Part shown: piece by piece, positions 9,306 through 18,562 of the stretch
Numbering within the stretch: position 1 is the first letter of the stretch
How the letters are laid out: every line of letters starts with the position of its first letter
Source of the DNA: Gammaproteobacteria bacterium
GTDB lineage: Bacteria > Pseudomonadota > Gammaproteobacteria > JAJFKG01
Reading direction: 5' to 3'
Length of the DNA: 64,000 nt
NCBI GenBank assembly: GCA_965116795.1
Contig: OZ220716.1
Location: forward strand, 394,503-458,502
Program-made: the position numbers and the translations under genes
Notes under the pieces: model-generated
Seen by the model: only the letters and a program-made list of their open reading frames with translations
Databases searched by the model: none
Told to the model about the DNA's origin: nothing

Positions 9306-9374
9306 CTGAAACATTACAAATCCATACTAGTTCAGTATGGCAGTCTGAAATATTACAAATCGGCCCTAGTTCAG
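9306..9374 (+). repeat. Two 30-bp imperfect direct repeats (operator-like)
   Basis: CTGAAA(C/T)ATTACAAATC-N4-CTAGTTCAG at 9306-9335 and 9345-9374, 25/30 identical. Confidence 0.6.
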
Positions 9375-11908
9375 ACGCTGGCGATTGTTTCCCTCATTCC
9401 CGTTTTTGATAGGCGATTTTTTAACTGAGCGATTATCTTTTGTTTTGTAGCGGAATCTGCCTTTGCGCTATTTTCAATAGAAGAGATAAGATTACTAATG
9501 CTAAGCTCCGAATTAATTGTTCTCATAGCAGGGAATTGTTTCCCGCCTCTTTTGGTATGGCTTCCCTCTTTCAATAAAATAAAAACTTTATGTGAAAGAT
9601 AGTCTTTATACTTGTCAGATTCGTCATCAGCGTGTAATTTTCGTAAGTCATATTCTTTGTTTTCTGATATTGCTAAATTGTAATCTTCGATCAAAATATC
9701 GGCTGCAAATTGCCGAGCAGTTAGCTTCCAATCTCTACTTGTATCATTCCTTGACAAAGAAACTTGCTCTCTTCCGTCAGATTTTTTTGTATTCGAAAGA
9801 TTATCGACTAAACCAAAACATTCCCAAAAATCTTCTTTTTCAGGAGTAGCAATACCTTGTTTGTCAAGAACAAATGCTACTTCATGCCAATGTAATACGA
9901 GATCTGTGTTAAAAACATCATGATCATAATATTCAACAATTTCTCTTGTATTTTTATCATGCAATTTTAATTCACCTCTATATAAACTATCCCATATAGT
10001 CCTTTCTACTGAAAGCATGAACTTATAGACGCATAATTCACTTAACTTAAATTCTTTCTTTTTCGCCCAAAATAAAGCAATATCTTCAGCAACCGTATAT
10101 ATATTACTAAGACCTATCAAAAAAATGTTTTTGTTTTTTTCTATCTTTTCAGGTTTATCATCAACATCAAACCTATTAGGCAATCGATACACATCTTCAG
10201 TTAATTTAACAACCTGGCTATCTGCCACATAAGCATCAAGCCTTCCATTAATTAACTGATGATATTTTTCAATTTGAAAATGGTAAGCAGTGTTATCACT
10301 TTCAACAATTACTCTTACTAAATTCCAGTTTGGCTTATCTTCAAATCTATAAAAAGCTCTTAAAATCTTTTTAAAATCAGCTAAAGAATTGGCAGGATTA
10401 GAGTTAGAGTATTCAGTATAACTATACTTATTTTCAAGTTGATCACGTCTTATTATATGCCCATTCATAAAAGCAGACATAATTATGCGGTTTTTTGTTC
10501 CAGAATCATCTAAATTATTTAAATTTGGATACTCAACGAAATGATTGCAATGAGACTCGATAAAACTTACCAAGCTATCATCTAATTTCTTAATACGACT
10601 ATAGCGTTTTTTAAAAAAGAATGATAAAAAAATATTTTTGAAATCTTTATTTTCTATCTTATCCTTTAAATTTGACAAATTTATACTATTAGGGATTTTT
10701 AATTTGTGTGTGAAACCATGTATATCGTAGAAAAAACAATACCGTTTTTCTTGGGAAAGATAGACTGTGCTTGCTTTTATGAAAAAAATAACTTTTATTT
10801 TAAATTCATGCTCTTTTATCTTATCATCCAAATTTGACAAGTCTATGTATGCTGGTAGTTTTGTTTTTTTAACGCTACCATCAACTGTTCGAAAAAGACA
10901 AGCCTTTTCAATCTCAGATAAATAAATTATGTTCTTTTCTGCATTATTATTCTCCGGTAGTTTTGATATTAGCTTTAGATTATAATCTGTTCTTGCTATA
11001 TCAACAGAAGACAAATCAGACATTAATTTTAAACTGATTTCAAACTGATTCTCATCAGATAAAGCCAAGTCTATTTCTCCATTTTTTTCTACGAAATCGT
11101 CTAGGTCAAGCTCCTTTATTGTACTATCAGCTTGTTTTGCTAGAATTTTAAAATTTGAAGCTTTTCCATCTTTATAAAAATAAATTCCAGATTCTATTAA
11201 TAAATTTTGATCTGGTTTCCCTACATTACACATCATATAATAGTATGCATGTCTACATATAGAAGTATCACCCTCCTGTACATCCCCATTTTCATCTCTT
11301 AACGTATATTTCAAATTTTTAGCATCAACGTAAATTATCCCTTCAATTGCATCTTGCTTAGTTTTTATTTCAGACATTGGAAGCAATGTATAACGATCTC
11401 TATAAGCTTGTGCTATCAGTTCGATATCTTGATCAGTTAAAGGATCGACTTTATGATGTCTGTTATAAGCACGTGGTAGTTCACCAAAAACTTGAATATG
11501 CTTCTCAAAAGGCTCGGAAATCTTAATAGGAAAATCTATTTTTTTAGCAAGACATTCTTCTTTAGCAATAAATTCATATATTTCAATCCTGCCAACAATA
11601 TTATTAATTTTTTCTGTTAAATCTTTAAATCTTTCCTCATTGGGAAAAGATCCTGTATATTCCTTACCATACCTTTTTTTCAAGGTATATTTTCGATTCT
11701 CTATATCAATAAAAATTGTCCCCACTGGAAAATCTCTAAGGTCATGATCAAAAGGAAAAAAACCATAACCAAGTGTCAAATGTTGATTATAACGGTTATA
11801 TTTATTTACTTCGTTTTGTATCTTTCTAATAGCGAAATATGGTCGATTCGGAACTTCTTTCATCGCAAGATACTGACATATTTGTTCTTTAGTAAACAGC
11901 TTTGGCAT
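9371..11908 (-). CDS. Large hypothetical protein with internal repeats
   Basis: 845-aa uninterrupted ORF in AT-rich DNA; repeated IY(L/V)...(Y/F)...G units. Confidence 0.75.
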   Translation of the reverse strand: MPKLFTKEQICQYLAMKEVPNRPYFAIRKIQNEVNKYNRYNQHLTLGYGFFPFDHDLRDFPVGTIFIDIENRKYTLKKRYGKEYTGSFPNEERFKDLTEKINNIVGRIEIYEFIAKEECLAKKIDFPIKISEPFEKHIQVFGELPRAYNRHHKVDPLTDQDIELIAQAYRDRYTLLPMSEIKTKQDAIEGIIYVDAKNLKYTLRDENGDVQEGDTSICRHAYYYMMCNVGKPDQNLLIESGIYFYKDGKASNFKILAKQADSTIKELDLDDFVEKNGEIDLALSDENQFEISLKLMSDLSSVDIARTDYNLKLISKLPENNNAEKNIIYLSEIEKACLFRTVDGSVKKTKLPAYIDLSNLDDKIKEHEFKIKVIFFIKASTVYLSQEKRYCFFYDIHGFTHKLKIPNSINLSNLKDKIENKDFKNIFLSFFFKKRYSRIKKLDDSLVSFIESHCNHFVEYPNLNNLDDSGTKNRIIMSAFMNGHIIRRDQLENKYSYTEYSNSNPANSLADFKKILRAFYRFEDKPNWNLVRVIVESDNTAYHFQIEKYHQLINGRLDAYVADSQVVKLTEDVYRLPNRFDVDDKPEKIEKNKNIFLIGLSNIYTVAEDIALFWAKKKEFKLSELCVYKFMLSVERTIWDSLYRGELKLHDKNTREIVEYYDHDVFNTDLVLHWHEVAFVLDKQGIATPEKEDFWECFGLVDNLSNTKKSDGREQVSLSRNDTSRDWKLTARQFAADILIEDYNLAISENKEYDLRKLHADDESDKYKDYLSHKVFILLKEGSHTKRGGKQFPAMRTINSELSISNLISSIENSAKADSATKQKIIAQLKNRLSKTGMRETIASV

Positions 11909-11987
11909 ATCTAACCTTATTTGTACCCGCCATAATCAATACAGGATTAATTTCAAAAAACTTATCCTAGTTTAGCAACACCATAAA

Positions 11988-13189
11988 TTAAGCAACCTCT
12001 TCTGTTTCTGTTACTTTCTCTAAAACAAAATCCGTTATCTTCTGCATAGGTTCTCTTAACCTATCCACATTTGCAACAATATAACCCGCCGTTACATCAT
12101 TACCATCAGCATGATTTAATAATCTTTTTAAAGCATAAGCTGGAATATCTAATGACTCTGCAACGGTCGCAAAGGTTCTTCTTAAATCATGTATACAAAA
12201 CTCAATTCCTGTTGCTTCTTTAAGTTTGGCCATAGCATAACGAAAATTATAAATAACCTGCCCTCTTTTATTTGCAAATACAAAATCTGAAACACTGATT
12301 GCTTTACGATGTTTGAATACATCAAAAATAAAATCTGACATGGGTAAAGTATGATCACGATGGTTTTTAGGTTCTCGAATCACAAAAGTTTTTTCCTCAA
12401 AATCGACATCTGACCAACGTAGTTTTAAAGCTTCCTCTTTCCTTAAACCAGTTAGCAACACAACCATAAAATAATCCCGAATATCTGTGTTTGCTAACAA
12501 TTGAACGGCCTTGACCCAAGAACCTAGCTCATAAGCCTTAATAACTGTTTGCCGTCTGGCAATACGAAACCAAGCTTTAGTTTGAGAAAGTTTGTAAACT
12601 GGGTTAACTTCTATGAACGGTTTACCTGTTTGATCTTGATATTCAGCAGCAGCAAAGTTAAACAAAGCCCGTAAATAACGCATCGCTAGATTAGCACCCG
12701 CCTTACTTCTGCTTTCTCCGTGCGTCTTGTGGCGTTAGTAACCATATCAGAGGTAATTTTATTTAAAGGCAAATCAAACCAGTCAGGGCAGACCATTTTC
12801 AGCGTTTTCAGCATATCTTGCTTAGTTCTAGGTTTTAGTTGTTTTCGTGTAATTAAATAGTCTTCTAAAACATCTGTTAGCGTCTTCATATCCAATTTCT
12901 GCCGCTTACGCTCACTAATTGGATTTACCCCTTGGGCAATTTGTCCTAAGACTCTGGCAGCTTGTTTTCTGGCTTGCTCAATGGTTAATTCTGGAAACCG
13001 CCCTAGCGTGATCCGTTGAGGAGAACCCTCTACCCTCTTTTGTACGAAAAAGGTCTTAGCCGTTCCTGTTACGCGAAGTTGTAACCCCACAGATTGTTTA
13101 TTCGTATCGTGGTATATCTGGCGCTGTCTTTGTTCAGCAAAAGGCAATGCTTCAATTGCAGGTTTTGTAAAACCGAAAGAATTTGTCAT
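11988..13189 (-). pseudogene. int: Tyrosine integrase with Arm-DNA-binding domain, split by a 1-nt frameshift near 12735
   Basis: N-part (12686-13189) GLQLRVT..KTFFV..RITLGRFPELTIEQARKQA; C-part (11988-12683) LTGLRKEE, HDLRRTFAT, LLNH, TAGY; adding one A gives continuous MVTKRHKTHGESRSKAGANLAMRYLRALFNFA. Confidence 0.85.
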
Positions 13190-13212
13190 CTAATTGCATA
13201 CTCTAAAACGCT

Positions 13213-13268
13213 GGTGCTACACTGGTGCTACGCTTTCAGTCAAAATAGATACAGCTTGGTGTAGCACC
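13213..13268. promoter_or_regulatory. Integrase arm-type sites (right end)
   Basis: GGTGCTAC at 13213 and 13224, inverted GTAGCACC at 13261. Confidence 0.65.
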
Positions 13269-13348
13269 ATACAGGACAGTGTAAAGATAACGTATTGTTA
13301 TGTAAAGATTTGTATAGGAAAGTAGATCAGGGTATGGCGTATCTATTT

Positions 13349-13400
13349 CTGATTTGTAATCAGCCGGTCGTAGGTTCGAATCCTATCGCCAGCTCCAGCA
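13349..13400 (+). repeat. attR core (duplicated 3' part of tRNA-Thr)
   Basis: Identical to 1356-1407; lacks the tRNA 5' acceptor strand and D-arm. Confidence 0.95.
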
Positions 13401-13412
13401 AAATCGAATACT

Positions 13413-14708
13413 TCATTCCAATCTATCAAATGCTTCAATAGGTTGTTTAGACAACGGTATCCAAAACAAACTAATGCCTGCCATCAACAAAAAGATACCT
13501 GCTACTAGCATTGGCATATCGGCACCAACGCTCGCCATAATACCTACCATTAATGCAGACAAACCAAAACACAATGCACCGATAGAGCCCGTTACTCCCA
13601 TTACCCATCCTTGCTCATCTGCAGTCACTTGACCAGAAAATATAGCCAAGTGGGTTGCATAACCAACCGCTATTGCGCATGCGATCACAAAACCACAATA
13701 CCATACCCATATGGCCTGATATAGAAAGTAAGTAGCAACCACAGCCATGCTGGCAATCAGATAACACACGCCAACGATATTACATTTTGGATAACGTTGG
13801 CTTAAGCGATCAACTAATAAGCCACAACCAACACTAAACCCAACCCCCAGTAAAGCGAGGAACAGTGACACATACAATGATGAATAGCCAAAGCGATGTA
13901 ATAAAAACATCGCAATAAATGAAAAATAGCCACCCCATCCAACATTCATTAATAAAAATGTTACCGATAAATAACGAATATTAGGATGTTTGAATGCGGA
14001 TACAAAAATGTTAATCGCATGGTGCCATTTAATTTGCAAGCGTGCTTTAGTAGAACGTGTTTCAGTAAATGCACACCATAACCATATCACATTGACTAAT
14101 GCCATAATTGCAGCAAAGAATAATGGTGTCGTATACCCGAACCACGATACCCAACTGCTTTCAGATAACACACCACCTAACGTTGGGCCTAACACAAAAC
14201 CAAGCGCAAGGGCTAAAATAATAAAACCTAGATTACGTGTCTTATGCTCTTCTGGACTAATATCCACAATCGCCGCTTGCGCAATCGGTTGACTGCCAGC
14301 AGTAAATCCTGCCACCATGCGTCCAATAATTAACAAACTAATACTATTGATAACAATTGAGATCGCACAAATCAAATAACCCAAGCATGCACCGATTAGG
14401 CAAATTAATAATGTCCGCTTACGACCGATGCTATCGGATAGATCCCCTAAAATTGCCGCACCAAAAAACCAACATAACATAAATATACTGACAACAATGC
14501 CATACAAAATTTCGCGCCAGGCGACTGAGGTATCCGCGGCTAAAAAACTAGAACTCGGATCAATGATGATACTATTCAGAATAGGGAATAATAATCCTAA
14601 CCCCATACCATCAATAAATAACACTAAAAACAATGTAAAAAAAACCATGTTAACCCCTATTTCAGTGATGCCAGCAACCGCATAAGATGCAATTAGATGG
14701 AAATCCAT
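13413..14708 (-). CDS. MFS transporter, TetA/DHA1-like
   Basis: GDLSDSIGRKR motif A, IIGRMVAG, GFVLGPTLGG motif C; 12 TM. Confidence 0.9.
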   Translation of the reverse strand: MDFHLIASYAVAGITEIGVNMVFFTLFLVLFIDGMGLGLLFPILNSIIIDPSSSFLAADTSVAWREILYGIVVSIFMLCWFFGAAILGDLSDSIGRKRTLLICLIGACLGYLICAISIVINSISLLIIGRMVAGFTAGSQPIAQAAIVDISPEEHKTRNLGFIILALALGFVLGPTLGGVLSESSWVSWFGYTTPLFFAAIMALVNVIWLWCAFTETRSTKARLQIKWHHAINIFVSAFKHPNIRYLSVTFLLMNVGWGGYFSFIAMFLLHRFGYSSLYVSLFLALLGVGFSVGCGLLVDRLSQRYPKCNIVGVCYLIASMAVVATYFLYQAIWVWYCGFVIACAIAVGYATHLAIFSGQVTADEQGWVMGVTGSIGALCFGLSALMVGIMASVGADMPMLVAGIFLLMAGISLFWIPLSKQPIEAFDRLE

Positions 14709-14800
14709 CTTAACAGAATTCCCTTATAGCTCAATTAATTAGGTATCTTATTGCTTTATGTCAGTACCATCTCTCTGAACTAACACCTAAGAAATCGCTG

Positions 14801-14829
14801 TTGCAATATAGCCGACAACCCATTAGAAT
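14801..14829 (+). promoter_or_regulatory. Sigma70 promoter for the leader of the Pht-like MFS gene
   Basis: TTGCAA, 17 bp spacer, TAGAAT. Confidence 0.55.
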
Positions 14830-14854
14830 GGCTCTAATTATTTTTGTGGAAATC

Positions 14855-14968
14855 ATGAAAATGACCGTTAATAATCAACAATTATATTTACAACGTAATT
14901 TGGCACCCACTGGTAGTACACCTTCGTCTACTCCTGCCTTGGTCATTCACATTATCAACCTATCTTAG
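14855..14968 (+). CDS. Putative 37-aa leader peptide
   Basis: GTGGA SD then ATG; MKMTVNNQQLYLQRNLAPTGSTPSSTPALVIHIINLS; stop lies within a hairpin. Confidence 0.3.
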   Translation: MKMTVNNQQLYLQRNLAPTGSTPSSTPALVIHIINLS

Positions 14969-15030
14969 TGTTTTTGCTGCACTAGGGTAGGTAACTGTAT
15001 CAGCAAGCTTAACCACTTTAAACTGAAACA

Positions 15031-16338
15031 TTGAAAACGGTGAATGTCATGAAACAAACTAGCGCATGCTTATCTTACCCACAGACACAAACAGCAGAGA
15101 CTGAGTATACTCATTATGCTTGGTTAGTGATTATACTATCTGCTGCATTCTTAATGTATAAATATATTTTACAAGTCTCACCAAGCGTGATGACAACTGA
15201 ATTAATGCAGCAATTCCATATTAATGGTACTGGTCTTGGCAATTTAGCTGCTATGTTTTTTTATGCTTACTTGTTCACCCAATTATTTGTTGGCCCATTA
15301 CTCGATAAATATAATCCGCGTTTATTAACTGCACTGGCTATTTTTGTCAGTGGCTGTGGTATGTTATTTTTTTCATATGCTGAACAATTAACCACAGCAA
15401 CCATCGCACGTGGTCTAGCCGGTGTCGGTGCTGCGTTTGCTACCGTCAGTTACATGAAAATGACAACCTTATGGTTTAAACCCCAACAATTTGCGCTGGT
15501 TGGCGGTTTGTTAGCAACCGCTGCCATGCTAGGCTCAATGGCAGGACAAGCTCCATTAGCATTGCTTGTTTCACACACCGGTTGGCAAACCAGTTTATAT
15601 ATCTGTGGTGTCATTGGACTTATTTTCGCTGCACTGTACCTTATTTTTGTTAAAAACCCACCTGGATATCAGGCAGCTACCACTACAGCAGTTTCATCAA
15701 AACAACAAATTTTATCGGTGTTAAAAAACAAAGCAAACTGGTATTTAATGGCATATAGTGGTTTGGCTTTTTCACCATTAGCTGTCTTTGGTGGTCTGTG
15801 GGGTAATCCATTTTTGCAAGTGCAATATGGCTTCAGCAAAACAGGTGCTGCTTATGAATTGACGTTTCTATTTTTAGGGTTAGCATTAGGTGCACCGTGT
15901 TTAGGCTATCTTTCTGAACGCTTTAAGCAACATTTCACTGTCTTATTTTCTGGCTTATTGCTTAGCGGTACTGCCATCATATTATTAGTCTACTTCCCAG
16001 AGATTTCACGTCATCAAATAGCAATACCATTATTTTTCTTTGGTTTTGGTACAGGTTCATTCATGCTAGGTTTTACCTTAGGCAAATATCATAATCCATT
16101 GCCACTGGCAGCAACCGTTGTGGCGATGATTAATACGGGCGATGCTTTATTTGGCGCCGTTACTGAACCTATGATCGGTAAAATATTAGATAGCATTTGG
16201 CATGGACAATGGCAAAATGGCATTCATTATTTTACTGCCAGTGAATATCAAACCGCATTTATTATGTTGCCTGCTTATTTAGTGATTGCCTTATTTTTTA
16301 TACGGCGCTATCAAAAAATATACTTAAAACAAAAGTGA
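15031..16338 (+). CDS. MFS transporter, Pht (phagosomal transporter)-like; probable start ATG 15049
   Basis: YKYILQVSPSVM, GNLAAMFFYAY..QLFVGPLLDKYNPR, FGGLWG motifs. Confidence 0.85.
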   Translation: MKTVNVMKQTSACLSYPQTQTAETEYTHYAWLVIILSAAFLMYKYILQVSPSVMTTELMQQFHINGTGLGNLAAMFFYAYLFTQLFVGPLLDKYNPRLLTALAIFVSGCGMLFFSYAEQLTTATIARGLAGVGAAFATVSYMKMTTLWFKPQQFALVGGLLATAAMLGSMAGQAPLALLVSHTGWQTSLYICGVIGLIFAALYLIFVKNPPGYQAATTTAVSSKQQILSVLKNKANWYLMAYSGLAFSPLAVFGGLWGNPFLQVQYGFSKTGAAYELTFLFLGLALGAPCLGYLSERFKQHFTVLFSGLLLSGTAIILLVYFPEISRHQIAIPLFFFGFGTGSFMLGFTLGKYHNPLPLAATVVAMINTGDALFGAVTEPMIGKILDSIWHGQWQNGIHYFTASEYQTAFIMLPAYLVIALFFIRRYQKIYLKQK

Positions 16339-16342
16339 TTAA

Positions 16343-16672
16343 TTAAATTATCAATTGCATTAACAAAATATACGTCAGTGTACCAGCAATAATGCTTAAC
16401 ATAATATTACGTCGCCAACAATGCACACCTGTCACTACAATTAATGCGATTATTGCTGGGATCCCATAAGGAAAATGGTTAAATTCAGCGATATTGATTT
16501 CAAAAATAACCAGTAAGACCATAATGTATGCTGGTAAAGAGCGCCCTAATGTGCGAATAGTAGTACTGTTTTTGATGAGTCTGCTGATCATAAATGGCAA
16601 CACACGTGTTACGATGATCAATAACGACAGCATCAATGTCATCAATAACACATATATTGTATCATGCTGCAT
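16343..16672 (-). CDS. azlD: AzlD-family branched-chain amino acid exporter, small subunit
   Basis: TRVLPF...LGRSLP...HCWRRNIMLSIIAGT; paired with azlC. Confidence 0.85.
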   Translation of the reverse strand: MQHDTIYVLLMTLMLSLLIIVTRVLPFMISRLIKNSTTIRTLGRSLPAYIMVLLVIFEINIAEFNHFPYGIPAIIALIVVTGVHCWRRNIMLSIIAGTLTYILLMQLII

Positions 16673-17351
16673 TGCGACGTTTCTCCCAGGTCACTTGTAT
16701 CAATAAAATCAGTGCAACTGAAATAATGATTGCCAACAATAAAAAATTCTTAGGCATAATTAAAAAAGCAACCAATGCTGCAAACAACGGCGCAATTAAA
16801 CTGATAATGCGACGATTTGCCAAGTAATGTTCTATAACTAACACCATAAAGAAAGCCGGTAAAATAAACTCTAAGCCATTAATTTTGGGTAATAAGTCAG
16901 CACAAAGTGCACCGATAAATGTACCACTTACCCATGCTAAATACATAAATAGTGATAAATAAAAACAAAATTGGATATCACATTCGCCTTCTTTAGGTGG
17001 ATTAGCAACAACGGTAATATATGCCGCATCAACTAGCATAAAAATCAACAAAAATTGACGCAGCCAGTGAGTTTTGTAACGTTGTAATAAGCTCAAACCA
17101 TAAAATGAATTGCGTAATGCGAGAAACAATGTTGCCAAGAATACTGCCAATATACTGCTATGCAGTGTTGTCATCATACTTAATGCAACAAATTGCACTG
17201 AGCCTGCGTAAGTGACCAGGCTCATTATCGGTGCTAGCCACCAACGATACCCTGCATCTGCAAAGAATAATCCAAACGCTATCCCTAATGGGAAATAGGC
17301 CATCATTGTCGGTACTGCTAATTTAAATCCTCGCTGTATTTCAGGCTGCAT
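16662..17351 (-). CDS. azlC: AzlC-family branched-chain amino acid exporter
   Basis: YFPLGIAFG, YAGSVQF, WVSGTFIG, GLEFILPAFF. Confidence 0.9.
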   Translation of the reverse strand: MQPEIQRGFKLAVPTMMAYFPLGIAFGLFFADAGYRWWLAPIMSLVTYAGSVQFVALSMMTTLHSSILAVFLATLFLALRNSFYGLSLLQRYKTHWLRQFLLIFMLVDAAYITVVANPPKEGECDIQFCFYLSLFMYLAWVSGTFIGALCADLLPKINGLEFILPAFFMVLVIEHYLANRRIISLIAPLFAALVAFLIMPKNFLLLAIIISVALILLIQVTWEKRRNAA

Positions 17352-17450
17352 TTGTATATTAACTCGCGTTTAGTCATTATTTGTAACTGTTCAGGCTATA
17401 ATAAAAAATGTCACTTTGTAAAGCAAAGAGCAGCTGAATAGCTACAACTC

Positions 17451-18362
17451 TTACATATTTGTTTGTGGTTTGGGTAATCCTAAAAACAAGGCTAATAATA
17501 TCAAACCCATTGCCATAATAAAATGCAGATGCAAGGGTTCTCCTAATAAAAGAATACCTAATGTAAAACCAATCAGTGGTACCAAATAATTAGCAAATGA
17601 TGTAAATACAACACCAGCTTGTCTAACAAGCATTATATAGCACACATAGACTATACCTGTGCAGAAAACACCAAGAATAATTAATGCAAACAACGATAGT
17701 ATTTTTATATCATTGAAGTGAATAGATTGATGCGAAAAATACAACAATCCTAACATTTGTACACTTGCCCATAGTAAGATAGTGCGTGAACACGCTATTT
17801 TTGATAATGCTGGCAATCGTTTAATTAAAAATAGACTGATAGCAAAACAACAAGCACCAGATAATATAGCTAATGCACCTACAATATGCTGTATTAGATT
17901 GAATGTTCCAGTTGTTGGCAATAACAATACAGCCACACCGACAAATCCTAACAACACACTAATCGTTAATCTTATACAAATACGCTTCTGCTTAAAAAAG
18001 TTAATCAGTATCACAAAAATGGGGATAGTACTAATTAAAATAGCTGCCGTTGAACTATCAATATGCTGTTGTCCCCAAACAATTAATAAAAATGGAAATG
18101 TGGCTTCAAATAAAGCGATTATGAATAATTGGCCATGAGGCATATGATAAAACGGTAACGTTTTTTGATGATTACTCTGACCTCGTTTTGTAAATAAAAA
18201 ACCTGCCACTGATAATGTCACTACACCAATGAGGCAACGCGCGAATGTAATTATCGTAGGTGTAAAACTCTGCAGTGCTAGTTCGTTAAACATGAATTGT
18301 GTGCCCCACAATAGTGATACAACCAATAGTAAAAAAATGTTTTTCATATTTAATAGTGTCAA
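17451..18362 (-). CDS. EamA/DMT-family transporter
   Basis: 10 TM; LWGTQF, IDSSTAAIL, YLVPLIG..LLGE. Confidence 0.85.
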   Translation of the reverse strand: MTLLNMKNIFLLLVVSLLWGTQFMFNELALQSFTPTIITFARCLIGVVTLSVAGFLFTKRGQSNHQKTLPFYHMPHGQLFIIALFEATFPFLLIVWGQQHIDSSTAAILISTIPIFVILINFFKQKRICIRLTISVLLGFVGVAVLLLPTTGTFNLIQHIVGALAILSGACCFAISLFLIKRLPALSKIACSRTILLWASVQMLGLLYFSHQSIHFNDIKILSLFALIILGVFCTGIVYVCYIMLVRQAGVVFTSFANYLVPLIGFTLGILLLGEPLHLHFIMAMGLILLALFLGLPKPQTNM

Positions 18363-18562
18363 TTTAATTTATTGTGTCAATAGTCGTGCAACATCTATAC
18401 TCATGGCTTTCTAACAATTAAACTCCCAAGATCAAGTCTACACAAATTGTTCAGTTGCTAAAATTGCCTTAACTTCGCCACAAAAGCAACCTCTTTTGTC
18501 ATTTTAAGCTAAATCATCTATTATTATCTCGTAGATTGTCACCATTCATCAGGAGTCTTGAT

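Larger units (their letters stand above)
1356..13400. mobile_element. ~12 kb integrative element, phage-satellite (PICI-like) architecture
   Basis: Identical 52-bp direct repeats of the tRNA 3' part at both ends; integrase, AlpA/Xis-like HTH, primase-helicase, ori-like iterons and AT-rich cargo; no recognisable capsid, tail or conjugation genes. Confidence 0.9.

Noticed and set aside
13349-13397. Second tRNA-Thr gene
   Set aside because: Only the 3' 49 nt are present; there is no 5' acceptor strand or D-arm. It is attR.
1356-13400. Complete prophage or ICE
   Set aside because: No capsid, portal, tail, lysis, relaxase or T4SS genes recognisable; too small.
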